Assembly (NCBI GenBank): GCA_964234715.1
Contig: OZ174276.1
From: Podarcis melisellensis
Taxonomy: Eukaryota
Reading direction: 5' to 3' (one strand)
Length of the DNA stretch: 64,000 bases
How positions within the stretch are numbered: position 1 is the first letter of the stretch; each line of letters begins with the position of its first letter. The position numbers and the translations under genes are program-made. The notes beneath the pieces were generated by a model that saw only the letters and a program-made list of their open reading frames with translations, did not search any database and was not told where the DNA came from. Positions 1 to 14,841 of this stretch are shown piece by piece.

Positions 1-71
1 CAAGCCCAGATTGAGGAGCTAAAAATCCAGCTTGCCAAGAAAGAAGAGGAGCTGCAGGCTGCTCTTGCCAG
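1..71 (+). CDS. MYH10: MYH10 rod exon (5' part outside window), QAQIEELKIQLAKKEEELQAALA(R)
   Basis: Frame 1 translation matches the NMHC-IIB rod; donor AG|GTAGAA after 71, phase 2. Confidence 0.93.
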
Positions 72-189
72 GTAGAATATGCAAAGATAGTGCTAGGTTA
101 TTTGGTATTGTAGGGTGCTATTAAGCTAATACTACATATTTCTGCTTTGTTGGTGCTGGGGTGCAGTGTAAATTGCACACTCCACAGCC

Positions 190-427
190 CACCCCAGTAG
201 TGGTTAAGAGCAGTAGACTCGTAATCTGGGGAACTGGGTTCGCTTCTCCGCTCCTCCACATGCAGCTGCTGGGTGACCTTGGGCTAGTCGCACTTCTTTG
301 AAGTCTCTCAGCCCTACTCACCTCACAGAGTGTTTGTTATGGGGGAGGAAGGTAAGGAGAATATTAGCCGCTTTGAGACTCCTTCGGGTAGTGATAAGGC
401 GGGATATCAAATCCAAACTCTTCTTCT
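190..427 (+). mobile_element. tRNA-head/CORE SINE with L2-like tail (Squam3-like)
   Basis: A-box (agtggttaagagc), B-box (gggttcgcttctcc), CORE-like gctgggtgaccttgggctagtc, (CTT)n tail; close copy at 33543-33789 (-). Confidence 0.85.
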
Positions 428-798
428 ATCACATGTGTTTTTTTCTGAGCACCACCAATTTCCTTTCATGACAAGGAAAAAATAAAATAAAAATCAGGAG
501 CAGCAGTGGACCTCTGCAGATGTCAAGGAGTGTGTGTTGTCTGTGGTGTCATGGCATCTGCAAGGACTCAAAATCTAGTCACTGTTGCTATCAACGCCAT
601 TTGATTTCCACCTCTTATTAGATCTCCTTCTGCGACTAGGTAGACAGAATCCAGTACACTGCCAAATTGCTCTTCACTGATAAGTTTTCTTGTGGAAGTC
701 TAGAACTCTTACTTGCACTCCCAACATTTGAATAGGCTTTTTGCAAAGCCCAGAGCCCGAGCTTCATTCTTATTCTAGAAATTGTGTTGTGTTTCCAG

Positions 799-1011
799 AG
801 GGGATGAGGAAGCCGTGCAGAAGAACAATGCGCTGAAATTAATACGAGAACTTCAGGCTCAAATTGCAGAACTGCAGGAGGACCTTGAATCAGAAAAGGC
901 TTCACGAAACAAGGCCGAAAAGCAGAAGAGAGATCTAAGTGAGGAGCTGGAGGCACTGAAGACTGAGCTGGAAGATACCTTGGATACCACAGCAGCTCAA
1001 CAAGAGCTCAG
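799..1011 (+). CDS. MYH10: MYH10 exon, [13 protein letters not shown]...[10 protein letters not shown] (213 nt)
   Basis: tttccag| acceptor, AG|GTTAGT donor, phase 2->2, myosin rod heptads. Confidence 0.97.
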
Positions 1012-1479
1012 GTTAGTAGAAGACTAGATACATAACAAGGAATGTGTTCATAATGCTTTGATTCCTCATAAAGAACAAGCCCTACTCTGGTAAATCTGAA
1101 GTGCTGGCTACAACTCTCTGGGAGATGTAACGAGGGCAGAGCATAGTTGAAACTTTTGTTGAATCAAAGCAACATTAATGACTTACATCTGTGTAAAAAT
1201 TCTCACACAGGAAGAGTTTCCAAAAGTAACTCAGCACTCCTTATATTGTAATAAACTTAGGACTGCCTCATGTCTTCTGACACAGATTAATCTCCAGTTT
1301 GGTGTTTTTTGTAACATTTAAATGGTGGCGGCTCTCCCTTGCTACAGAAATCTGCCTTTGGGGAATAAAAACTAAAACTAAAACTTGGTTATTCTATCCA
1401 AACTGGATTCTTCTTACTACTACTTCTGGGAAATGCTGGTAGATTGCTTGTTTCTGAAAACTATCTTAAATTTGCATAG

Positions 1480-1722
<243 letters not shown>

Positions 1723-1905
1723 TGAATGCACGGGAGACTGCCTCAGAGCCCTTCGTATATACTCTGTTGGGTTCAGTTGAAGGAGGGCAGGATAGTCATA
1801 TATTAAATAATACATTCAAACAGACATTAATACTCTTCTTTCATAATATAACTGCATGGTTGATATGGCTGCCATTTGTCTACTTAAGTCAGTTGATCTT
1901 GCAGA

Positions 1906-2051
1906 CAGTGGCGTAGCGTGGGGGGTGCAGGGGGGGCCGGCCGCACCGGGCGCAACATCTGGGGGTTAGGGTTGAGGGCGCAAATCCACGGGTTAAGGGG
2001 CGCAAATTACTTGCCTTGCCCCGGGTGCTGACAACCCACGCTACGCCACTG
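1906..2051. mobile_element. Non-autonomous DNA transposon (hAT-like MITE), 146 bp
   Basis: Perfect 17-bp TIRs CAGTGGCGTAGCGTGGG / CCCACGCTACGCCACTG; the 8-bp flanks match at only 5/8. Confidence 0.85.
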
Positions 2052-2615
2052 CCAACAGATTAAGGATGAAAATGCAGTAGTCTTTGCTACCTATCTCAGA
2101 AATGCAAGCTCATTTGACTTTGCTCATACAGGTGTTGCTCACAGATATGCACCTAAAAATTATAAAGTGTTAAGATTTGGGTCCTCTTGCATCCCCTGTG
2201 CAATTGTGGTCTACAGTGGCAGCTCCTGCTCCACCCTAGGTATATCACAACATTTCTGGCAAATGAGGCCACATGTTTATGATTTAATTGCTCACATAAC
2301 CATTGTTGCAACCACTGTTATGACTGTAGCCGGTAGCATACATGTCTGTGTCAAATTCATGCATTTGTAGACACTTCCGCAGTAAAGTGTTACAGTTGTG
2401 TTGCAATGCAATATCTAAAGCTGTTCAGTTTCAAAAACAAATTCATATGGAACTTGAAGCAGCTAAGAATTCAAATCAGATGGCCAAACTTGTGGTTCCT
2501 CAAATGAAGAAGCCAGTGAATTTTAGTCTGAATCTAGAAAAAAAGATTTTCGCCACAGGCGAAGCCTAGCTTTTATATTGCAGGTGAAGTGTGATTACCT
2601 TTCTTTTGCTTCTAG

Positions 2616-2822
2616 TTCAAATCAAATCTTGAAAAGAACAAGCAGTGCTTGGAAACAGATAACAAGGAGCTGGCCTGCGAGGTGAAGGTATTGCAGCAGG
2701 TTAGATCTGAATCGGAGCACAAGAGGAAGAAGCTGGATGGGCAGGTACAGGAATTGCTGGCCAAGGTTGCAGAAGGAGAGAGGCTGAGGACAGAACTTAC
2801 AGAAAAATCAAGCAAACTGCAG
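2616..2822 (+). CDS. MYH10: MYH10 exon, [24 protein letters not shown]...SSKLQ (207 nt)
   Basis: ttctag| acceptor, CAG|GTAAAG donor; [14 protein letters not shown] matches the IIB paralog as I recall it. Confidence 0.97.
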
Positions 2823-3794
2823 GTAAAGATTTGGAAGGGCTATTCTTTAGCTTTTTCTCATGAACTCTTGATCAGACTACACAATTTAGTGAACATCCTT
2901 CTAAAATGCTCCTGCTTGATACAGATGTAGTATTTTGAAAAAATGGTGTGGCATTAATGTCAGATAATAGGACAGGAGCTGCTGCTGGTAATACTTTGTG
3001 TTGCACTAGTTATCCTTTGGTGAGCACATGCAAAGCTTCTGCTTTGCATTGATATGGTTCTTGAAAGTTGAAATAGTTTTAAGCACCTGAAAAATGCAAC
3101 GTTACTGTTCCTCTTGTGACAAGGAGACTGTTTATAGAGCTCTTGTACCATTTCCCCTGTCTTGAAGTGCCCATTTCCCCCCATGCAAGCCACATCCTGC
3201 TCAGAGAAACATTTTTAATTTTGAGAAAGTTACTTAAAACATCAGAGTGAAAATTACTCCTCATTCTGCTCACTACAGATTGTTGAAACTTTTTGTGGAC
3301 GTTTTCAATAAAAGTATTCAGAAGTTCATAAGAAATGTAGGCCTTGGGTCAGGACTATTCTCCAGGGCCTTGCATCCTTTCTGGCCATTTAGTATATAAC
3401 CAACATAATGAGCAGTAAAAATGTCAGAGAGATGGTTCACGGGTGTAGAATACTTTGGGGAAAATCTGTACCACTCAGAAACTGCTGCAATAGACGGAGG
3501 AGAATAGTTTTAAAATTCTCTTACAGTTTATCATAACACTTTAGGACTTATCATGAAATATATTGGAAGTGTTAAAGGGCAGTATTTTATTTTATTTACT
3601 TTGCAGTCTAAGCTGCTTCAAGAAAATTCTACAGTAAAAATGTGCACAGGGTCAAACTTCTAAATAAATTTCGAGCCTTTCAACTGCCACTTTATTTTGA
3701 AGCTGTAAAAAAGCTTCACTCATGTAATACACAACTGCCCAGTCATGCAAAGAGAACTGAAATACTGTTTTCCAGCCAATTCCAGTTTACCATA

Positions 3795-3823
3795 CTAGAT
3801 TAGATTAGATTAGATTAGATTAG
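3795..3823. repeat. (TAGAT)n microsatellite
   Basis: tagattagattagat... visible directly. Confidence 0.9.
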
Positions 3824-4279
3824 GTCAGAGAACTAGAACCCTGTAGGAGTTCTGTTACCTCTGTTTGACATAGGACAGCGGTGATAATCTTACAGAACCT
3901 GAAGCAAGCATGTAATTAAAAGGTGGATTATTCAACTGCATTACTCTAAATGTCTTGCAAATGGTTCCACTTGGGCTACTTTTGGAATCAATAGAATGCA
4001 GTTGCTGTTATCAAAGTACTTATCAATGTCATGGAGGAAACAAATAGCAAGATTCTCCTTAGTTCCATTGAAGTTTCTCAAATCTACTGCGTTCTAAAGC
4101 GAAGTCTCATGTAAATAGTCACAGACATAGCAATGAGACATCAGAACAAAGATATTTCAAATATTGCCTTAGATGAATACTGTTATGAATATCCTTTACT
4201 GAGGATGTCACTTTGGAAAAACACATTTTCTCACAAGCAAGATGTGAGTACATTACCTCTAGATTCCTTTGCTTTACAG

Positions 4280-4384
4280 AATGAGCTGGAGAGCGTCTCA
4301 AGTCTCCTGGAAGAAGCAGAGAAAAAAGGCATTAAATTTGCCAAAGATGCTGCCAGTTTGGAGTCTCAGCTACAAGATACACAG
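4280..4384 (+). CDS. MYH10: MYH10 exon, [35 protein letters not shown] (105 nt)
   Basis: ttacag| acceptor, CAG|GTATGT donor. Confidence 0.97.
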
Positions 4385-5642
4385 GTATGTCTAAAATTCT
4401 AGAATGCACGTTTGTTTGAAATTCTTTTCTGCCGTTCTGTTCTCCCATAAGTCAGCAAAAAAACTATATATAAGCCAAGCACAAATTAAAATGGAAGTAC
4501 AAGGGGCTGGTTGTAGTTGTGCTCTCCTGCTCATCTAAGAAATTTTGATCCAGTGGACACCTCAGCTAACCGAAGAGGAGGGGAGACTTTTTTTGCTGCT
4601 GCTCACCCTGCTGAAATTTGCTCCGACATATTGGAGTCCTCTAGAACAATGTGGATAAAAGCTGCAGTGGGAATTGGTGAAAGTTGCCTCCCCTCCTCTT
4701 TCATTAATGGGGACCTCCACTAGATCAAAGGACTCCTGTTCATGGAAGGGCACAAGTAAATGCTGCCCTGAGTATAAATCAGTCATTATACATAAAACCA
4801 GAAGAAGAGAAGCAAATTAATTCCAGCTATGAATGCCCTGCAAAATGGAAAGGTGTTCACGGCAAGCTGGAATGCTAATAAGAGGGAAGCCAAGCTGGGC
4901 CTCCATGCAGCTGTTAGAACAGCGGCTGCTGTAGTACAGATAATACGACTCCTGTGAACTTACATGCCTGTTAAGTTAAGGCACTAGCATTTCTGAGCAG
5001 GTGACCCAAAGTGTTTACAGATCTAGAACATGGAGCAGCACCCTTTGATGTTCTTGGTTCATTCCTTATCTGCACAGTGGAAATAAAGGTATTCTGTCTC
5101 AAGAGTTGTGCTGAAGATGAACAAGACAAGGTTTTTAATTGCATGCTCACATTTAAAATAATGGATTCCCTTGCAAGGATTTGTTCAAACCTTTAACACA
5201 ACTTTGGACACTTTATGGCACAGGATTCCCTATGTTCTTTTGATGCTTACAATTGCTTCTGAGGAGCATGATGGGTAACGCTGCAGTGATAGCATCGCCC
5301 AGTTTCCACTGTAATGCATGACCAGCTCTGGCAATTCTGAAGTGCCCTTTTCCTGTTGTGCAATTAATGTCATTTTCCTAATGGCAGCAGTCTCATCCCG
5401 TTCCCTGACAATAAGATGCTGGGCTATTTCTTCATTTTAAAGGAGGGCTCTTTTTGGCTGGGTCCAGTCAACTGCTTTTAGATCTGTAATGATGCATCTC
5501 ATTACCAAATTGTATAACAATGAGTTAATGCTTTCAGATCACCCCAGCATAAACTTGACATCCTTACCCAGCCCTGTAAATATCCTCATTCCATACTGAA
5601 CACCACTGCGTCAGATTCTCTCAGGACAAGTGATAAACGTGA

Positions 5643-5885
<243 letters not shown>

Positions 5886-6401
5886 TAGACTAGTTTAAAC
5901 TGAATTGGCTTTTCCCAACTCTTCGTTACTGTATCTCAAGTACCGGAGCAGGGAAACGTCAGGAGCTATGAACTTTTGGCAAGGTGCACCGCTCCTGATT
6001 TCTTGCAAAGCATTTCAAGTTTATACCAGTCTTTTTACCTGTTAGCTTGGATAGTGGATGCAGCTGCTTTGGCGGGGGGTGTATTCCCACCAATTAAATA
6101 CAATAAATTCAGTAAAAATGGATCTAGTTCACACTGCAGTAAAAACAAATGTGCAGGTAGTCTGTACTACTGCAGGTGGCAACTGACCTGAATGAAGGAA
6201 TGTTTCTCCATGCTATCTGGTTCTAGCTTAGGCATCTGCTGCCCTTGTGTGTAAGCCCTCACCTGCACACAGCTTTGCATTGAAAACCTTGCCATCTCAA
6301 TGGAAATCAAGCCAACTTCCACCTGCACAACGCATGTCTGTCTCTTTGCCAAACACAGAAAGGTCATAACGACGTTATTTTCTGTTGCTCATTAAACTCA
6401 G

Positions 6402-6650
6402 CTCGCTGATGCCAAAAAGAAGGTTGATGATGACTTGGGGACAATTGAAGGATTGGAGGAGAACAAGAAGAAACTACTGAAGGACATGGAACTTCTGAGC
6501 CAGCGTCTTGAAGAAAAGGCAATGGCGTATGATAAGTTGGAGAAGACCAAGAACCGTCTTCAGCAGGAGCTTGATGACTTAATAGTGGACCTTGATCATC
6601 AGCGCCAAATTGTTTCCAACTTGGAGAAAAAGCAGAAGAAGTTTGATCAG
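6402..6650 (+). CDS. MYH10: MYH10 exon, [16 protein letters not shown]...KKQKKFDQ (249 nt)
   Basis: actcag| acceptor, CAG|GTATGC donor; conserved [10 protein letters not shown] myosin motif. Confidence 0.97.
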
Positions 6651-6805
6651 GTATGCCACTATATAAATCCTCTTGCTTTCTTCTTGATGATACATGTAGC
6701 TGTTAGCTATTATTTGCCCAGTAGATAATCTTGTTACATAGGTATTTTCATGGTCTACCTGTGACCTGTTGGAATATCTAAACTGGTTTTCAGCTGGCTT
6801 CTTAA

Positions 6806-7270
<465 letters not shown>

Positions 7271-7931
7271 TGACTGAGAATGGTGTAGTACAGTTTGAAC
7301 AAATGCTTAAATGGTTGTATTTCAAATTGAACTTTGGGCAGTTGGAGCACATTCATTCTAATGTTCTGAGAAGACTTCTGGAATTCTGTATGCTTCAACA
7401 GCTGCATGCACTGGAAGGTTCTTAAAACACAAACACTCATAGTCCTAGGGTTAAAGTTGCCTGTCTCTGTGCATTTTTGGCATTGTTGTAACTTCAGCTT
7501 TTACACTCCGCTGAACATAAGAGCGCTACGTTCTCTACTATGGTGGTGTCTTCCATCCCTGTGCTCTCCAAAGGCAGAAGCAAATGTGGCATGAGCACTT
7601 GTGTATGTGTTCTAGGTCGGTGGTTCCCAATATTTTTGGTAGGGCAACCCACAAGCCCAAATCCACTTGGTCTGATGACCCAACAGTATATTGTCGTGTG
7701 AATTTTGGACCTCAGGTCTTGGGCAGGCATCATTGGCATGTATTTTATCTGCAAGTTTGGCGATTTTATACCTATTACTTGAGGCATCCAAGCAAAAATC
7801 TTACTTAATGCCCCTATTAATGTAGGATTTGTTGAAATAATTATACTACTTAAGAAGCTATTCACAGGTGGTTGTTGTTGTTTTAAAAAAATGGGAATGT
7901 AAGAACACTAATCATTTGATTGTGGCTGTAG

Positions 7932-8195
<264 letters not shown>

Positions 8196-9578
8196 TGAGC
8201 AAGTGTCCCTCAAACTAAAGCGGTAGGTCGTTGGATTTTATTAAGCTTTGAAGATGGAATGTTAGTCACCTGACGCACAAGTCCTTCCAACCCCAAGAGC
8301 CAAACAAAATCTGTCTTCATTCATGACACTCTAGCAATTTCCATTCATGCTTGATTATTCCTTTGAAAAGGCAGTGGCTGCAGCATTCTCAAAATGCCAG
8401 ATTTTGTTTCATTTAGGCTCCCCCCCCCCCAGGTTTTGTAGGGTGCATAAAGCTGAAAATCTCTGGTAAATAAAGCAGAAAATCTTAATTTGTATTAAGT
8501 CCATAGTGATTTATCATAATCTTGCATACATGTGTAATGCCTATGGATTCAGTATTCACTGAACCAGTGTTAGAAAAATGCCAGGTTGGGGGGGGGGAGC
8601 AGTTTGCTGGCTCTACATGACGGAGGGCAGGTAGAGTGAACCTGGATCATGGAATTTATAGCTTCCTTTCTGCTGTTGTAATTAATGTACAGAGTGCTGA
8701 GCACCATGAATATGGAAACAGTCAAGGAGGACCTGTTGATTTATTAACTGTAAAGGAGGACTGTAAACTGCTGGCTTAGGAGTTTTGCTTAGTGCAGATG
8801 TCCTTCAACAGATCTCTTTCAATTCTAGTATGGGTGCTGCTGACTGGAGGTTCTTATTGAGGTAGAAATAGGTGTTGCTTTCTCCTGTATGCAAGCTGCT
8901 GTAAAGTCTGTTAAGAAAATGTCTTTCAAGTTCTGATTCAGGAAATGATGCCATATTCTTTGCCTCTTTCTTTTTTAATTTGGTTTTGCGGTAAAACACA
9001 TTAAGTTGTTTATGAGCTCTTCAGTAGGTTTTTAAGGGTTTTTTTTGCATAGTTGATCATAAATTACTTTCCATTTTGCTTTGAAGAATTAATGAGACTA
9101 TACAAAGCTTTTATTGTCTCCCATTTTGGGAACCAGTGTACCATGAACAAGTGTGCCCTTTTGGCCTTACTATGAGGTTAACAATTACGGTTGGCTTCAA
9201 TAACCTGTAATATTAAGCTTTTGCACAGGAGCTATGGATCAAAGGAGATAGAAGCTCTTGGTGAAAAACTGCTCATAAAATCACTGGACAAGTGAAAACA
9301 TAGCTGATTGTAGCCCATGTAGCTCTTCTGCATTTTTGTCTGCTTATATGCCCTTTGCTTGGCTTGTCTCCTGAACAGCTAATGCAGATTATCAGAGGGT
9401 TTCTTTACGGCATCCTCATAAGGGCATGTGGATCCTATAGTCTGTGTTTTTATTTAAATACTGCACAAATGTTTTCCCCGGACTTCATCCTTCCTTATAG
9501 GCAGCTCCAAACTGTGTGACTTTTTTGAATTCTTCTCTTTTGTCTTCCTGTTTTGCTTGTTACTGATTTGCCCTGTAG

Positions 9579-9767
<189 letters not shown>

Positions 9768-9984
9768 TAATCAAACCTTGCCCCCCAAAGTCCTTATCAG
9801 CTTCTGCTTACTGTAACAGAGAAAAAGACCTGGGTAACCTGAATATAATTGATCAACATTAATAGAAACAGGATCTAATCAAAACTGGATACCCTAGATG
9901 TGTAGAGTAAATTCTGGCCATGTGATTGGTTGGCCAAGTTCTCAGAATAAATGTCTTGGTCTTAAGATGTCTTTTAAATTTCAG

Positions 9985-10113
9985 GCTCAGATGAAAGATT
10001 ATCAGCGTGAACTAGAAGAGGCCCGGGCATCTAGAGATGAAATCTTTGCTCAGTCGAAGGAGAATGAGAAAAAGCTCAAAAGCCTTGAAGCAGAAATTCT
10101 TCAACTGCAAGAG
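9985..10113 (+). CDS. MYH10: MYH10 exon, [21 protein letters not shown]...LQLQE (129 nt)
   Basis: tttcag| acceptor, GAG|GTATGG donor. Confidence 0.97.
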
Positions 10114-10970
10114 GTATGGCACGGAAAGCTGCCTGAGATATACCCATGGCTTAAGGTGGAGATAGGAATGTTTTGACTCTTAACATTCTGCAAGTTGAGT
10201 GTGTATATTTTACAGATGCTTTGCAGAGTTGTGTGTGTGTGGTTTTGGCACAACTTTTAAAGCGTACACACTAAAATGGTTCATTTGTTTGAAGTAGTTG
10301 ATTTGAATACTTTTCAAGGATCTGGTAGAGTCAGGCTTCAGTATCAAACTCTCTTGGGCTAGGGCAATGCTACAAACAAAGTCCAATTTGAACAGAGTCC
10401 AAATACAAAAAGAAGAAAATGGGAGAAAACAGTGAGTGTGTGCTGAACAGTTGACCAGCTAAAACTAGGTGGGACTGTGAATCACCAAACATTGTGGCTC
10501 TTTTAGTTGCCCCAAGATTCATGAAGACTTTTTGGCTGTCACATGGAGGGGAGAAGCATTGATAATGTTTTTGAGGAGCTTGTGCTCCTCTAATCAAAAT
10601 GGCTGTCAATATCTAGGCCCCTTTGCATGTTGGCAGGGGTGCCTTACTTTTTGAGAACCAGGAGATTGGGGTCAAAAGGTGCCAGTTTTAAAAAAGAGAT
10701 TACTCAGCTATTTCTGGTAGACTTGAGTAGCTCAAAAGTGCCTCTGGTGTATACTAGAAAATGCCAGGTAATATGTGAGCTGGGGAACTTCACAACATGG
10801 TTAAACTAGGCTAGAAGCAAAGCATATTAATTTCTTAAAAGCAAAAGGCTGCTGATAGTGATGTTGGGCACAACATGGTAGCTTTCTCTTCCTCCCCCCC
10901 CCCCCCAATATGTTTGAAAATGGTTTTGCCTGCTGAAGCTAGTGAGATTCCCATGAATATATATTTTCAG

Positions 10971-11059
10971 GACCTTGCTGCCTCCGAGAGAGCCAGACGC
11001 CATGCAGAGCAAGAGAGAGATGAGCTGGCTGATGAAATTGCCAACAGTGCCTCTGGAAA
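10971..11059 (+). CDS. MYH10: MYH10 exon, [29 protein letters not shown](K) (89 nt)
   Basis: ttttcag| acceptor, |GTAAGT donor, phase 0->2. Confidence 0.97.
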
Positions 11060-11188
11060 GTAAGTAACTCCGGGTAGACTTCTCCACCTATGGCAGCCAT
11101 TATGTGGCAGAAGTGTTCTGTGTCTGCAGCAGTTGCTGCGCAAACCTCAATACATGTGACTGCAGCTAAATAGCTGAGTTTGTACTGA

Positions 11189-11630
<442 letters not shown>

Positions 11631-11877
11631 TAAGCACGGCACACTCTGAAAATAGTGTTTCCAGGAGGCTGAATCATGATTTGATATTTAAAAAGCACAA
11701 TTTATTCTGAAACACCTTTTCTGGTAGCTATTAATGAAACAAGATAGTCATCCAGCAAGAAGCTTGCAAGCCCAAGGAATAATAATCATCCAGTGCAGGC
11801 ATTTGTGTGATCTTACTCAAGTTTTATTTCTGATGGTGTGATTTATTGCTTTGATGTTAGCACTGCTTAATGCAGAT

Positions 11878-12010
11878 CAGTGGTGGCCAAACTTGGCCTT
11901 CCAGGTGTTTTGGGACTACAATTCCCATCCCTGACAACTGGTCCTGTTAGCTAGGGATGATGAGAGTTGTAGTCCCAAATCAGCTGGAGGGCCATGTCTG
12001 GCCACCAGTG
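11878..12010. mobile_element. hAT/Charlie-like palindromic MITE
   Basis: TIR-like cagtggtggccaaac...tctggccaccagtg; internal inverted gggactacaa / ttgtagtccc. Confidence 0.75.
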
Positions 12011-12039
12011 CTCTAGATGGTTATGCGTACCCACTTCAT

Positions 12040-12565
12040 CATCATCACCATTATTTTTTCTATTATTATTCATTTATGAATCTATTCTCATGCAACACCT
12101 CAAAGTGATTTCTTATAACATATATAAAACAATACATAAATAAAAACAGTTAAAACAATTGCATACATAATACAGTTTTAAAGATAACTGTAAATATAAA
12201 AACAGCAGCATACACATAAAACTCTGTTCAAATCCAAAACAAATACCAGCTGGGATACAGATTTTAGAAGGTTTGTTGAAAGTGGAATGATGCTAGCAGG
12301 TGCTGAAAAGGCAACAGAGATGGCACCTGACCGATATGCAATGGAAGGGAGTTCCAAATGGTAGCTGTTGCCACACTAAAGGCCTCATTCTGACATCATA
12401 TGGAACGATCTCCTAAATGAATGATAATTGCAGGTTGCCCACTTGTGCTGGAATCGGTGATCAGTTGGGTATGTAGGGAATGAGGCAAACTATCAAGTAT
12501 CCTGGTCCCAGGTTCTGTAGGGCTTCATACACTAATACCAGCACTTGAACCTAGCCTGGTAGCTA
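12040..12565 (-). mobile_element. Old L2-like LINE 3' fragment
   Basis: Degenerate similarity to the reverse complement of the L2 3' end at 53250-53620; limits approximate. Confidence 0.55.
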
Positions 12566-12714
12566 ATTATTCTCACTAGTGCTTTATTTTTCTGCTATGG
12601 GTTCATGGAGCCTTCACCTCTGGTTGGTATACATTTGGGCTCTGTTACACTAATGACTAGTCTGTTACCTTTTTGACGTAAGTTGAGTGATCCTGCTCTA
12701 TTGACTTACCTTAG

Positions 12715-12823
12715 GGAGAGAGCAGCAGCCAACAAGCTAGTACGTCGGACAGAGAAGAAGCTGAAGGAGGTGTTCATGCAGGTCGAGGATGAGCGCCGAC
12801 ATGCAGATCAGTACAAAGAACAG
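12715..12823 (+). CDS. MYH10: MYH10 exon, [18 protein letters not shown]...DQYKEQ (109 nt)
   Basis: ccttag| acceptor, CAG|GTGAGG donor. Confidence 0.97.
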
Positions 12824-13828
12824 GTGAGGAACTACCTGTGCCACTTAGAATCTCTGCTGTGCCTAGCTGACTATAGAAAATTTTCCCTGCTAATGCACAT
12901 CGGGAAGCATGGCAGGTTGTTTACAATGGCCTGTATTTTGGACGGGGAAGGAACCTCAGAACTGGAGGCTGAGAATACTCCCTGGTGACTTCCCTTCCTT
13001 GGCCACAACCTCTTTCTCCAGGCCAACCCCCCTCACTGGTCCTTCATCGCACTCTCCTTGAGTGTTTTTGCATGGCTGAAATGTGTCTGAACTCTGATAA
13101 TGCCTCCTGCTTGTCTGGATGAAGGAAAGAAATAGGTGTGTGAGAGTGGGTGCAGAAAGTAGCCTTAAAATCGAATTCAGCGTCCCACCCACTTTTGCTG
13201 CTGTTCCCCACCCACCACTGGAATGTACTCCCAGAAGGGTGTCCAGGAGGGAATGTTCCCCTTGGGCTGAAAAGGTTCTTCACCCTTGGCCAATAACCTC
13301 CATAAAGTTCTTTAAGTGAGCAGGCGTGTGCACATCCTGCAGCATCTCTGCTGCTATGGTTCCCATTCACTTGGGTGTGGAGTCAGGCGGGGGGGGGGGG
13401 GGCTTGTGCAAGCCTCTCCTGCAGCCCATTCAAATTTCTGCTTCTCTGATCTGGAGTAATTGCAAATGACTGAACTATACCTTCAGGAGAAGGGTATTTC
13501 TGGAGCATGCAACTTCTTGCCATAAGGTTTTAAAAAAACAAAACTCAGGTAGTGCATTAGAGAAGAGTTCAACCAAAGTTTTGCCAAATCCATGTGAGCA
13601 GCGCAGGCAGCCAAGGCAGCCAGCACTGTCTGCTTTGTGAAAGTGGATGAAGTCATCAGTGTGCTACATGGACATCCCACAGCATATGGAGACCGAAAGA
13701 TTGTTATGCTGCTGCCAGAGGTTCTCTGTCTCGAAAAGGGAGTGTAAGTGAAAGAGGATCTCTAATCTCCTCTGGAGTGTCGTGTGGATGTTTCTTTCAT
13801 GGGGCCTGTTTCTGATAATGCTCTGTAG

Positions 13829-14002
<174 letters not shown>

Positions 14003-14696
14003 TGAGTCATGTGGTGGAAGGAAGGTCAAGGCAGGTGTGGGCAAATGCTTCGGGGCGGGTCGCTTTTGAGTTGTTGTGTGGGGCTCATTTGATTCACCAT
14101 TTCCAGTTCTCTCCCTCCCCCAGTTTGTGATAGCTCAACTCTAATGTGGTCCAGAATTTAATGGGAAAGTGATGTTGAGTAGCCAGAATTGAGCATTATG
14201 CTTGAAATGTAATGTAGCACTAAGTAGGGGATGTGGCCCTCTCAACAACAGGACATTCCCCAACCCCCCAGAGCAGATTAAGGGGGGGTGAAGCAGGAGG
14301 GGAGTCCTGTTGTGTGTGCGCACACAACAATTTTGTTGAATCCCACCTCATGTCTACAGGGTCAGATCATTAGCTGATTGTGTGCCAAGTAGGCTGAGCA
14401 CAGGCTTCTTACGACAAATGGCCCTACTCAACTCCTATACCAACGAATGAGAGGGCAGAGTGATGTATCCTAAGCTATAGCCACACAGGTAGCAGTCATA
14501 GCTGTAGGCTTAAGTCTATCACTGGAAACATGATTTAAGTGGTATTGTGATCCTCATCTGTGAGCGCCATGGTCTCAATGAGGGGGACTCCTTTATGCTA
14601 ATGTGGGGCATGGTGGGTAGCTAGACATCCTTTCTCTGTGGAGCAAAGGTCTTATGTCCTTCCAACAACTCACTCCTTTCCCTCTTCCTCATATAG

Positions 14697-14841
14697 GAGG
14701 GGCGGCCCAATCACGTTTTCCTCCAGCCGATCCGGGAGGCGCCAGCTGCACATTGAAGGGGCTTCCCTGGAGCTTTCAGATGACGACGCAGAGAGTAAAG
14801 GCAGTGATATCAATGAGCCGCAGGCTGCCCAAACAGAGTAG
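14697..14841 (+). CDS. MYH10: MYH10 last coding exon, non-helical tailpiece [47 protein letters not shown]
   Basis: Pyrimidine tract plus atatag|; tailpiece distinguishes NMHC-IIB from MYH9/MYH11/MYH14; TAG at 14839-14841. Confidence 0.97.

Noticed and set aside
14694-14699. TAGGAG tandem acceptor at the last MYH10 exon
   Set aside because: GAG acceptors are rarely used, and the proximal TAG gives the expected RLRRGGP sequence.
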